This document shows positions 1 through 13,300 of a stretch of DNA of 64,000 bases, one piece after another (the stretch's first letter is position 1; each line of letters opens with the position of its first letter). The stretch is from contig CM068751.1 of the NCBI GenBank assembly GCA_035084275.1, positions 20,708,001-20,772,000 on the forward strand, read 5' to 3'. The translations under genes were made by a program, and so were the position numbers. The DNA is from Hydrolagus colliei (Eukaryota). Below the pieces are notes generated by a model. That model worked only from the letters and a program-made list of their open reading frames with translations, searched no databases and was not told where the DNA came from.

Positions 1-139
1 GACGTTTGGGGAACGGAAATCAGCAGAAATTAAACCTGATACTGTGCACCTGGAAGATTTTTTTTTCTCTGACTGATATGGGTTGGTTATCTTTACTCAT
101 CAGAAAAAAATTGGGGGTGAAAGTAGCGATTTTACAGGT

Positions 140-440
140 AATCCAATCCCACAGTCCCTCCGCCTCGCTCGCTCGCCCCCCTCCTCGCTCGCTCGCTCGC
201 CCCCCTCCTCGCTCACTCGCTCGCCCCCCTCCTCGCTCGCTCGCTCGCCCCCCTCCCTGGTGAACTTCAAGTCTCGCCTCCAGACTCCCCTCTTCGATGG
301 ACCCATCGGCAACTCCTAATCCCCACCACTTCCCTCCCTACCCACCTCCCTACCCCCGTCCTCAGGTCCGGTCTGAAGCAGTGACTTGGGACGTCCTCCC
401 GACGTGAAAGGCGCTCTATAAATGTAATTTTGTTGATGTG
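140..440 (+). mobile_element. L2-like LINE 3' remnant with internal 24-bp minisatellite (about 163-256)
   Basis: FKSRLQTPLFD-type end, tail ggacgtcctcccgacgtgaaaggcgctctataaatgt, repeat cctcgctcgctcgctcgcccccct. Confidence 0.65.
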
Positions 441-641
441 TGTTTTTGTGTGTGTGTCTGTCAGCAATGGATTTCGGGGAACACACTCGCCAGACTCGGT
501 CTAGCAAAGGCAACGGGTGCCTTTGTGAAGGGAGAGAGGAAGTCAGGGTGGGGGGGGACACAGAGGAGAGGAGGGATTTGAATACGAGTATGAGGATACC
601 TTCTGATCTGAAAGACTCTAATACCAAATATACTGATTCAT

Positions 642-697
642 TTTATTATTGGTTAATAATTTAGTAGATACAAGTATAATTTATTGATTGCTTTATT
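642..697 (-). promoter_or_regulatory. Candidate polyadenylation signals (AATAAA x3)
   Basis: tttatt at 642-647, 680-685 and 692-697, about 0.6 kb downstream of the stop. Confidence 0.45.
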
Positions 698-1267
698 TAA
701 ATGGTTGTGTTAACATATTAGAATTTCTTTTAAAATAAACTTTTTTGAAACAGAAAAATATAATTACCTCTGCCCAGAACCTGGGCTTCTTACCCCACAA
801 AATATCCCCAAATGCATGTGATTGTACCTTAAAATTCAGAGACCAATATAACAACATAGCCATGTCACTAATGTAAACATCAGGAAAAACCTATCAAATA
901 TTAAGCAGATTTCTTTAAATCTATTCTCACGGTTATTTGTAAACATTTTTGTTGACGTATCTTCTTGAATTATATAATTATATCATCTGATAACACGTGG
1001 AAGATAATAGTACACTTCATAGCAGTTCCCTGATTGGCTGTGATGGCCAGAGCAGATGTTTGGTGTTATAATTCACAAGACACCTTTAAGAAATTGGTTA
1101 ACTCGCTCTTTCTATATAAAAAAAAGTTCTATATTGATTGGATTATTCAGTTTGATTATATATTAGGCTAAAGCTTTTTAACTTCTATGAGCTCTTAGGT
1201 TTGTTCTGTTTCAGCGTATTTTGATCTGGGAGAAACAGTAAATCCTGCTGTGCTGGTACTGATGGAA

Positions 1268-1321
1268 TTATTGTTCTGAATCAACACCATCCTTGGTGAG
1301 CGATGGCCTTTTAATGGACAG
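1268..1321 (-). CDS. MUC4: Last coding exon: [17 protein letters not shown]
   Basis: Acceptor ctcttctag, phase 0, TAA at 1268-1270. Confidence 0.75.
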   Translation of the reverse strand: MSIKRPSLTKDGVDSEQ

Positions 1322-4300
1322 CTAGAAGAGAAAGGATATAGCATCAGGTGCAACAGATATACCAATGCATGAGAAATGTCTCTTATCCATCAGTAGCTGT
1401 TTGGATAGGAGGAGAATTGAGGCAGCATTAAGCCTAAACGTTTTCTATGCATTTAATGTAAACATATTTGAATTAATAAGACATCAAGCTAGATTGATTG
1501 AATGTTCCATAAAGTACTATATAATTTCATGCACAGATGGCTCTATTGTTTCTGGCTATTTGAGATCTTAGCCAGACAATATTCTAAGATGTATTTGAGT
1601 AATAAACTTGTTAACAGAAGTGCTGGGTATAGAGAGATTAAACTAATTTTAACATAGGGAGCATTTGTGCACACAGGCATTTTAAGCAGAAATGCTACAC
1701 TTGATGGAATTTCTTTCCCCAATTTAGTCTCTTATGGTGATAATCCATCCAAAAAAACCCCACTGTGTACTGTAATAAAATCAGTCACTTCAATTAATTT
1801 CACGACTGTGTGGGGGGGAACGCTGCTGTGCGCAATTGGCTGCCGCATTTCGTCCAAAAATATACAGTCACTTCACTTTACAGTACATTCTGCGAAGCGC
1901 TTTGAGACGTCGATAAGATGTGAAAAGCCGCTAAGTCAAATGCCAGGATTATATTACATTATTATATTCTGTTTGGAAACTTCTGCCTCAAACACTCCCT
2001 CAATCTCTCCCTCTTTTACTCTTAACAACTATACAGTCGCTATGCGCAGGACTGAAAAAGAAGATTTTTTTTATATACCTTCGCCGTGTTGACGCTGCCG
2101 AGTTGTGGCTTCCAACTCAGCGGAGACAAATTCTTAGAGTTGGAAGAAGGCAAAATAGATGACGATTCCATTTTGGAAGACACTTAAAAAAACAACAGAT
2201 AAACAAGTCAGTAAATCACCACCGTTTACAAGAGACGGCTAATAAATTGCATATTTTAGAAACAGGTGAAGATTAGAGCCTAGGTACACCAAATACAATC
2301 ACTTTCCACCATTTTTAAAACATTGACAAATCCACACCAAAAGTGTTCCACTGTTTATACACGAACTACGCACTTGCGTTAACAAATACATAAATGTTCA
2401 AGAAACGCGAATCTGGATGAATCCAATCTGTTACAGTAATTATTCCAAACCCATGTATAACCCCTCGAATAAATTATTTTTGCTTGTGTTCAAAACCTAC
2501 TATCTTCTCATTTCTATTGCAAAAAGAAACCTCCACAGTAATAAAATTGGCCATTTCAATCCACGACTGTTTGTGTGTGTGGGGGACGCTGCTGTGCGCA
2601 ATCGGCTGCCGCGTTTCACCCATATATATATATATACAGTCAATTCACTTTACAGTATATTCTGTGAAGCGCTTTTGAGACGTCGAGGATTATTTATATT
2701 ATTGACGTCCTCTGCAGCTATTGGCTGTACTTACTGCGCCAGGCGTTCCTTTGCCAGGAGAATGTTGTGTTTCCTGCACCCTCAGCACTGTGAGAAAATA
2801 CAATGAGAAAATAAAAATCAGAGAGTTTCCAGCAACTCTTATAACAGCATAAAAATGTTATTCAGACCCTTTATGCTTTCTTCAGAGTACTGTACTGACT
2901 TTTTGTAGTCGCCCATCACCTCTACTTACTCTGGAACTCCCTTCCTCACTCCCTTCGCCTCGCCTCCCCTCTCTTCCTAGTTTCTGGTCTCGGCTAAAAG
3001 ACCTTTGATGTATTAAGTGATTGCATCAGGAATTTTGCAGCCCAAAGACTTCATCTGGGGAAGGCTAATTTGAAGACATTTTTTTCCTACTTCTCTTCAG
3101 TGCCAAGTTTGCTGGACAGTCCAGTTGGTCTTGAAGGAAGGCAATTTATTGCAATGTCGAAATTGTAGATAATTCATATCTCTCTCCAAAATCAATGACT
3201 TTCATTCCCCTCCCCTCCCCCCCCCATCCCCACCCACATCATGAGAATTTTGGGGGCAGTTTCAGTAATAATTTAGGCGGATGGATTCACGGTTTAATAT
3301 TCTGATTTGCGCGTTATAGGCCAGTCATCACGTGTTACATTTTTTTCTATGTCATTTCGTAGGGAACCGTCAGCTCTGAGCTCTGAAAATAGGAATAATA
3401 ACAATAATAATAATATTCTCTTTGCGTTAGCCCTGTGTAAAAGATGCAGCGTTACCCGTTTGTATTCTCCAAAAGCTGCCGTCGGTGAGACGCTTTGCAT
3501 TTCCATACAATAAAGAATATTGCCAACAACAGTAGGAGCAGGAAGGCGAGGGCTCCAAAGAGGATGCCAAAGAACGCCCTGAGATTCATGGACAGATGTT
3601 CACAGCGATCCCCAAAACTGGAATATATGGTCCGTGGCCGACATCTGCAAATGAACACAAATAGCATTTAGGACTTTGTCACATCGTTGTATCTGGGTGT
3701 GATTCAATTTGCGTTTCGTGCACAAATATCGTCCACAAAAGTCGATTCACTTTACGGTATATATTCTGTGAAGAGCTTTCATATGTTGATAAGATGTGAA
3801 AGGATTATTATTATTATAATTATTGTTATTGAAGAACCGCAAAATGTTCAACAAGAGCTCAATCCACGATTTATTCCCGTTGACGATAAGACTGTTGATT
3901 CGTTCAAATATTCAAATGAATGTGTTTCGTACATGCATTGTGGTCCTGTGGATATATGTTGGCACGTTGCTTCATTCAGACAATAGTCCGTGTCGCAGGG
4001 AGATCGACAAACCACCCCATCTTGTTCATTCCACTGAAGCACATAGCCAGCAAATGCACTGTTATTGCAGCTGAAGTATCTCAACAATTCATTCCTCGAT
4101 ACTGCAAGAGAAAAGATGGAAGGTGCGTGGTAATCAACAACAACAACAACAACTTGCATTTATATACAGTGTCCTCGCTCACTCCACGCTGGGCGGCGGC
4201 GTGGAGAGCTTCGCAACAGCGGATCCCGAGGCCCGAGCCAGGGGGGAGGGGGAAGCAGATGGCCAAAGTCGAACAGAAAGGTCTTTAGCTGAGACCTGAA

Positions 4301-7300
4301 ACTGGGAAGAGAGGGGGGAGAGGAGGCGAAGGGAGTGAGGGAGGGAGTTCCAGAGCCTCGGGGCGTAGTGGCTGAAGGCACGGCCGCCGAGGGTGGAGCG
4401 GAGGATTCGGGGGACGAGGAGACCAGACCCGGTGGAGCGAAGGCAATGGGAGCTGTTTTGAACAGAGGGGGTCAGAGAGGTAGGTGGGGGCAGAGGAGTG
4501 GAGAGATTTGAAAACAAGAGGGAGGATCTTGAAATCGATCCTCTCCAGGACAGGGACCCAGTGAAGTCTGGCAAGGACTGGGGTAATGGGAGAGCAAAGT
4601 TTGGTATCACAAGGTTATAGTGTAAAGGTCATTTTCTAATATTGGGTTCAAACCTTACCCTTGGTTACATCCTGTAGATCAGCTGTGTTTACTGTGTCAA
4701 AATTAACATTCCTATTCACCAACAAGCGAAGTGACCGTGGGTTATTAAAGGCATTTAAAATCTCCCCGATCAATCCATTGTTCAGGAAGTCAATGACAGT
4801 CTTGCGTGCGTTATAATTAAACGCTGACACCACAGAGACAGTGACTTTCTCTCCCCCTGCCCTGTTGATGTGAAATAAAATAAAACATTAGTTATGTTAG
4901 CTCTTTACATGAATAATTCACAGGAGTGAATAACAAAGTTATCATCTCAGCTTTGAGGAAAGGTAGAGAAAGTTTAATACTCGAGTTTCTAAGGTATGAA
5001 ACATTTTGCACAAAGTTTGAGGTAAATGGTTTACTGTAACAAACATTTCAATGCCAGATATTTGTTACAAACCGGGAAGATAGGAGTGAAAAGGCAAATT
5101 TTATTCAGCAGATTATCAGACTCGTATAATTCAAGCGCTCTGAGACGCTATATAGCGTGGAGGGCGCTATATAAGTGCAAGTTGTTGTTGTTGCGTGTTA
5201 TCAGCAAATGTCACTCATACCGACACTGAATACAATTCTGCAAAAAATGCGCTTTGGGATCTGGCGATAAAACAGGTGAGAGTTGAGAGTCAAAAGGGAT
5301 GATCTTGTTAACCCTAATGGCCTTTGTTTTAAAGTGTTTGTAACAACAACAAGTTGCATTTATACAGCACCGAGCGCTGGCTCAGAGCGCTTAAACAATT
5401 CTTAAACATGGTTTGTGCTGGTTATTGTTTTTCCTGATCTGTTGGCTTAATTTAAACACAGGATGTTATTCTGACTAAAGCTTGTTTAGTTGATCTACAG
5501 TATGGATTAAAAATAAACCAAACTTTAACAATCAAATCCTAAAATGTACCAACCAAAATACAGGCTCCGTGTTGCTATCAAACCTCAGGATGGTGATCAT
5601 AATGTCATGGATCTAAGAGATAGAGAAAATAAAAATGATTTCAATGAAATACCTGAACCACAATGGCTGTCCTTTTGAGGTTATGGTTGATATTGTTTGG
5701 ACATTATACAGGACACAAGGGCTGTTAAATGTTAACCTTGAGGGTGAAGAATTGATTGAGTGCATCCTAACCCTCTTGTGTGCTCTAGAAGCTATAAAAC
5801 TTGAGATTTCGCAAGATTGGAAAGAGCTGTGAGTTCCCTCATTCTTGTTGTCTTCCTACAGCCAACAGTATTGTCACCTCAACCACAGCCTCCTGATTTA
5901 TGTAATTTGATTTATTGTGTCTTTCCTTTTCTTTTTGACCATGGGTTACTAATACAGTTGAATTTTACTTGTGACAGACAGCAACAAGCAGAAAATGGTC
6001 TAAATTCAACTGAATTTGGCTCACAAGATTCAGAGTTTTAATGACCTTACTGTTCTTTTCACAAATAATCTTCTATGTTAATTCAAATACATTGCCCACA
6101 ACATTTCTTCTCAATTTAAAACCTCAGTGTTTAATTTAAAGAAAAGTGGAATTTCACAATTTGTGTAGTTTATTCTTCTGGTTGGATTGTAACTGAGCCA
6201 TTAAATGTACATCCAGCACCTTGGGACATCCTCCTGAAGTGAAAGGCGCTATACAAGTGTAATTTTGTTGTTGCTGTTGTGTATATATAGTGGATGTGTG
6301 CAGTATTATCGCAGGCAGAGTATGTGCCCTGGGCTTAGTGAAATCAATCATTTTAAATACAAGCTTAATGACCAAATCTGATGGATCATCTAATAGTGGG
6401 TGTGTGAGTCGGGGATGTGAGTTAGGCAGTAATTAAATGAGTATTGCAAAAAAATCTTCAGTGATTTTGATAGAAAACTGAAATGGGGCTCAGGAAAATG
6501 TACAACTTAACAATTATGATTTATAAAGATAGGATTTGTGTGAGCTTTACTCTATTAGAGAACAGTACCATATAAAATGGTTTCAGTGCATTGCATGCGG
6601 ACGTGTGGGTCATGGAAATAATAATAATCCTTGAATGTGATATCGTGCTTTTCACGTCTTCTAGACTGTGTCTCAAAGTGCTTCACAGAGTGTACTGTAA
6701 AGTGAATTGACTGTACATATATTTGTGGGTGAAACGCAGCAGCCAATTGTGCACAGCAGCGTCCCCCCCCCACACACACACAGTCGTGGATTAAATGACC
6801 AATTTGTATTGTTGTGTTTTCTTTGAGGGATTATTTTAAGGCGTGTGTGTGTGTGTGTTGGGGGGGTTGGGGGGAGTAAGGAAACTTGCCCAAGGTTTCG
6901 CCCTGACCTGACCTGCCTGGATTCGAACACAGGTCTCACATTTGTAAGGCGAATACATGTTAAAGAAACAGCAGCAATTGGGTCTGTACCTTTCTTCTGA
7001 TGAGGTTCTGCATCAATTTATAGTCTTCGCTGCTTTGGTTATTTAAAATGGTTTTATTGAAGTCACTTCTTAATGTTAAATTCACTTTTCTCTGTGGAAT
7101 ATCTGAAAATAAAACAGTAACATAGGATCGATACAGCAGCGTTTGGGGCAATCATTTGTGGCCGATCTAAAATCCATTTTCCATCATATAATAATCCTTA
7201 CATTTAATATAGAGCTTTTCCCTCAATCTGCTTCTTCAATCTATTTCAACTCCCACCATGCTCCCTCCATTCATACTATTTAACAATATTAATATTTTGT

Positions 7301-10300
7301 CTCCATAATCACAATTTATTTTGCCAGTGTTTTGTTGACCATATTGTTTACAATTTTCTGATAATCTACAGACTTTCAAAGCCTCGGTCTGATTTAGACC
7401 AACAGCTAAATAACAAGGTTATTAGAACCTAAGAATTAAGAGCAGGAATAGGCCATTCAGCCCCGCGATCCTGCCCATTATTCTCCTGCCATCATCCTCG
7501 TTGGTGAGCAGGCTAGAATCTAGTGATTAACCTGGGTCCTTAAACTCAAAAACAAACCTGTCTTTAAAGAAATCGGAAGCTATGGAAACTTACTTGACAG
7601 TGGTTCTGCCTGGAACTGCAGGCTTGGAATTGTGCACTGATCCCCCTGGTACTGAGGTGGACAATCACAGGAAGGCAAGCAGCCATTGGTAGGCTGGGGA
7701 TTACACGTTCCTCCGTTTATGCAGAAGGAGGCCGGGCACGGAGAAGAATCACAGGCGCCAGGTATTGCTGTACACGAAGTTCCATTTCCTAAATCCATAA
7801 ATGAAAGTGTTAGGTCTTAAAAGTCCCAAAGTTCTGGTAATGTCATCAATTTCTGCTGTACCTTTCAATCTTAATTTGAGACATATTTCAATGTTGCTTC
7901 AATTTAAATTGAATTTATATTCCAAATTATTTGATGCCCAATGTATTTGAAAGCTTTCTATTTGTCTGGGGAAATATTCAAACTACACAAGTCTGGTGAC
8001 CAAATGCCAGACCAATGTGTTTGGCACAGGTCTGTTGACAAACGACAATTTCTCTGGTCTGTTGCTCTCATCCATTTGAGAGCATTTCATCAGTTAACTC
8101 AGTTATTGCATTGAACTGCAAGAACATTCTGACTCTCTTTCCCTTTCTCTAAAGAATTGGACACTATTCAACAACAACTTTCAAGTGTGTCCGTGCGCTT
8201 CACAACAGTTCACAGTAGTGAGGTAACAAGCCGAGTGAGAGAGGAGGGCGAGGTGACAATAGTTGGAAAATGGTAAGTATTCATCTTAGAATAAGTTGCC
8301 TTTCTAATGCACAATGTCAAAAAGCAACAGAAACTCAAATGACAGGATCTAATTCCTGTAGGTTCTTTGATGGAAACGTTACTTGTCGAATTCAAACACT
8401 GAGCAATGATAGATTCAGTCATCTCTCACGGGTTATTTATCAGAAGATGTGGAGGACTCGGGAACATGTGAATGATTCATTAACAAAGCCTGAACTTCTC
8501 CTTGTCTTAGGCTCAAGTTTCTTTCAGGACAATCAACCTCTCCATACCCCAGTGGCTCTGAATCTCACTGTAGTACGCTTATTGTCACCTCGGCAGAGAT
8601 GAGTTTGGCATTGAACCTTGGCCACTATGACCAAATGGAGTAACTTATTAGTTGACAAATGACACAACGGTGGGCTCCACCCAAAGATCATTTGGAGCCA
8701 TTGCCAGAGGGAGGGCGACTGATTGTGGATGAGATCAAATATTGGTGTTACCTGTGAATCCTTGTTTACAAGTGCAACTGTAGTTTCCTGCGGTGTTGGT
8801 GCAGTCGGCATTGGGTGGACATGGTGAGACAGCACATTCATCAATATCAGAGCAATTGCTCCAAAAACCTAATAAGGGAAGCAGAAATGACACTTTAGTT
8901 TAGCACAATGTGGGAGTCAAAAATAACTGTTTGAGCATAGCAAAAATGACTTTCCATAAGTGCTTAAGTGAAGCCTGACTACTGTGACCAGATGGATTAT
9001 CTTATCAGTGGATGCTTCTACAAGAGGAAAGTCAAGTGATTCGGGGTAGTTTGATAAATTAGTGTCACCTGTGAATTCTGTTTTACAAGTTACAATTAAT
9101 TCCATTGCGTAGAATTATATGGGAACCAGAGAGCATGGTTTAGTTAACACACTGTAGAAGTCAAAAATAACTGCAGTTTGGGGAAACAATATTCACACAA
9201 GTGTCTTGGAGAACCCTGACTACAAGGTCTAGTTAGAGTAACACATCAGTGGATAAGTGACACAAAGGTGTAACCCACCCCCAAATCATTTGGTGCTCTC
9301 TGGAAATAAAAGGATCTTTTAAATGTTCAAGCAATATATGTACAGCCTTATATTACTACAAATTGCAAATTGTAGTTGTTAAATTGACATTGTTATTGTC
9401 AATTGCAAATTGAAATTGTTATTGCAGATGCTCAATTTTTCATTCCTTGTCTGTGCTGAGTTAGAAAAGTTGTTACAATTTATCTGATTGTTCTTATAAG
9501 CTGTTATAATTTACATTAAGTACTAAAAAGGATTGATAATGTGACACTGAACCTAAAGGGCGCACAGAATTAATCGAGCATGTTTTATGGAAATATTACT
9601 TGTCGAATTCAAACACTGAGCAATGATAGATTCAGTCATCTCTCACGGGTTATTTATCAGAAGATGTGGAGGACTCGGGAACATGTGAATGATTCATTAA
9701 CAAAGCCTGAACTTCTCCTTGTCTTAGGCTCAAGTTTCTTTCAGGACAATCAACCTCTCCATACCCCAGTGGCTCTGAATCTCACTGTAGTACGCTTATT
9801 GTCACCTCGGCAGAGATGAGTTTGGCATTGAACCTTGGCCACTATGACCAAATGGAGTAACTTATTAGTTGACAAATGACACAACGGTGGGCTCCACCCA
9901 AAGATCATTTGTAGCCATTGCCAGAGGGAGGGCGACTGATTGTGGATGAGATCAAATATTGGTGTTACCTGTGAATCCTTGTTTACACGTGCAACTGTAG
10001 TTTCCTGCGGTGTTGGTGCAGTCGGCATTGGGTGGACATGGTGAGACAGCACATTCATCAATATCAGAGCAATTGCTCCAAAAACCTAATAAGGGAAGCA
10101 GAAATGACACTTTAGTTTAGCACAATGTGGGAGTCAAAAATAACTGTTTGAGCATAGCAAAAATGACTTTCCATAAGTGCTTAAGTGAAGCCTGACTACT
10201 GTGACCAGATGGATTATCTTATCAGTGGATGCTTCTACAAGAGGAAAGTCAAGTGATTCGGGGTAGTTTGATAAATTAGTGTCACCTGTGAATTCTGGGT

Positions 10301-13300
10301 TACAAGTTACAATTAATTCCATTGCGTAGAATTATATGGGAACCAGAGAGCATGGTTTAGTTAACACACTGTAGAAGTCAAAAATAACTGCAGTTTGGGG
10401 AAACAATATTCACACAAGTGTCTTGGAGAACCCTGACTACAAGGTCTAGTTAGAGTAACACATCAGTGGATAAGTGACACAAAGGTGTAACCCACCCCCA
10501 AATCATTTGGTGCTCTCTGGAAATAAAAGGATCTTTTAAATGTTCAAGCAATATATGTACAGCCTTATATTACTACAAATTGCAAATTGTAGTTGTTAAA
10601 TTGACATTGTTATTGTCAATTGCAAATTGAAATTGTTATTGCAGATGCTCAATTTTTCATTCCTTGTCTGTGCTGAGTTAGAAAAGTTGTTACAATTTAT
10701 CTGATTGTTCTTATAAGCTGTTATAATTTACATTAAGTACTAAAAAGGATTGATAATGTGACACTGAACCTAAAGGGCGCACAGAATTAATCGAGCATGT
10801 TTTATGGAAATATTACTTGTCGAATTCAAACACTGAGCAATGATAGATTCAGTCATCTCTCACGGGTTATTTATCAGAAGATGTGGAGGACTCGGGAACA
10901 TGTGAATGATTCATTAACAAAGCCTGAACTTCTCCTTGTCTTAGGCTCAAGTTTCTTTCAGGACAATCAACCTCTCCATACCCCAGTGGCTCTGAATCTC
11001 ACTGTAGTACGCTTATTGTCACCTCGGCAGAGATGAGTTTGGCATTGAACCTTGGCCACTATGACCAAATGGAGTAACTTATTAGTTGACAAATGACACA
11101 ACGGTGGGCTCCACCCAAAGATCATTTGTAGCCATTGCCAGAGGGAGGGCGACTGATTGTGGATGAGATCAAATATTGGTGTTACCTGTGAATCCTTGTT
11201 TACACGTGCAACTGTAGTTTCCTGCGGTGTTGGTGCAGTCGGCATTGGGTGGACATGGTGAGACAGCACATTCATCAATATCACTGCAAAGTATTCCATT
11301 GCCTGGAATTATGTAGAAACCCGAGATCAGGGTTTAGTTTAACGCAATGTGGAAATCAGAAATAACTGTTTGAACATTGGGGAAACTCATTGCACACAAA
11401 CAGCAAAATGATCCCAGTGAGCTGATACCATGCTCTATGGAAACAAAAGAATCCTCAAAATATTCAAGCAATATATGTAGAGCCTCATATTACCCCTGTG
11501 CAAACTGACATTGTTATTGCAATGGCTCCATTTTTGATTCCTGGTCTGTGCTGAGTTTTCAGAGTTGTTAGAATTGATCTGATTGTTCTTTTAAGCTTTT
11601 GTCATTCACACAATGTCTGAGAAATAGATTGATAACGAGACACTGAACCTGATTGACCCACAGAATTAGTCGAGCAGGTTTTAGGGAATGACTAATGATT
11701 ACCTGAAAATCCTGCATCACAGGAACAACTGTAGTTTCTGATCAAGTTGGTGCATGTTGCGTTCTGGGAGCATGGATTCATGACAGTGCATTCATCTATA
11801 TCTGTTGGGAAATTTCAACGAATGAAAAAAAGATAGATTAGTGTGTATTTGCAGCGATCATATCGTGTGAGTGCACAGAATGCTTTCAGTCTAGGATAGC
11901 GCAGAAGTCTATCATTGGCTCTTTACATAATCCATTGTACAATGGGTGTAGGTTTCCACTTTAGCGTTCCCCAAGACAGCTCTATTCCCAATACCAGCTG
12001 TGCTGTTATCCTGGACACAACTGCCCATTTACAAAGTCCTGGATAAGGAATACCGTCCTGAATATAAACAGTATTTATTTGTGCGATTGCAGCGAAAGGT
12101 AAAGCCTCGTATTTAAGAGTAAACATGATCACGCAGGAAGAGAAGGGTTTGGAGTGTTAGACAAGAGCGGATTGGGAGTGGTGGAGATGCCTTATGCAGT
12201 ATAAACCCTGACAGGTATTAATTGGGCCAAATGCCTGCTTCATACCGTATCATTCTCTGTCATTCTTTGTGATACTGGTTGCAATTACAGTTCTTTTCAA
12301 TGTTCCTATCATTTGTGATGTATGAAATGCCCCACGCAAGTGAAAATTGGTGTTACAAACTTTGTGGATTGCTGGAAATTAAAAGGTGAGTTACCTGTGC
12401 ATTGTTGTCCGTCCCCACTCAATCCCGCAGGACAGAGACCACAGCCAGACGAGTCACTGCAGTTTACCCCAGGGAAACAGCTGACAGTCTGACACACTTT
12501 GGTTTTAGTCTGACACTCACTGCCACTGAAGTTAGAATTACATCTACAGCTCGCTTTCTGCGGGAGACAAAGGCGTTCAAATGCAGATAAAAGAAGTCCT
12601 TTTGAGTTGTGTTCCTGATGGACAGGATGGCTCATTTGATAGCACATTTGATTTAGGATCAGATGGTTGTGAGTTCAGGACTTTGATTAGTAAGTCAACT
12701 GAGTCCCAAACGAGACGCATGACTTGATTAGTATATCTACACTAGTCAGTGCAGTGCTGGGGTATGTTAAATTGTTGAGGGGCCAAGCATCATGTCAGAT
12801 GTTAAACCGTCTGACTGTTCAGGTTAAAGATCCCATGGCATTATTTGTCAAGATGCCTTGGGATGTCCTCCCGATGTGAAAGGCACTTCACAATGTAACT
12901 TTGTTGTTGCGAAGGAAGATTCTCGTTATGACCTGGCCGACAATCCCCCAGATAATATTGGTCATTTACTTCACAGCTGTTTGCTCAATATAGTCATACG
13001 CTTTACACTGAATCACTTTAAGATGGCCTTGTGACGTGAAAGCCGCTACATCAAATGCCGGGATTATTATTTATTATTTACAGTCTCTTGAACGAGATGT
13101 GACTCATTGATGGTAGAGACTCAGGTGATGTTTAGTCTGCAGGTGGATTCCATCTCATGACAACAACTCACAACCAGGAGCTGGTGTGGGGATCCAGTTT
13201 TGTTTTCCCATTGTAAACAGGGAACGTTGTAGGGTTGACTCTGACAATAATAAACAATAATAGTAATCCTGGCACTTGATAGCACCTTACCATGTCATTG

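Larger units (their letters stand above)
8379..11283. repeat. Recent tandem duplication, 1217-bp unit, about 2.4 copies, each carrying a cbEGF exon
   Basis: Near-identical sequence at offsets +1217 and +2434 with only a few substitutions. Confidence 0.95.

Noticed and set aside
6-319. Repetitive ORFs (SLARPPPR)n
   Set aside because: 24-bp minisatellite within a LINE remnant, no splice or domain support
5653-5731. Alternative candidate middle SEA exon ending LWFR
   Set aside because: The nearest acceptor gives the wrong phase; 5554-5612 fits phase and MUC4 pattern better
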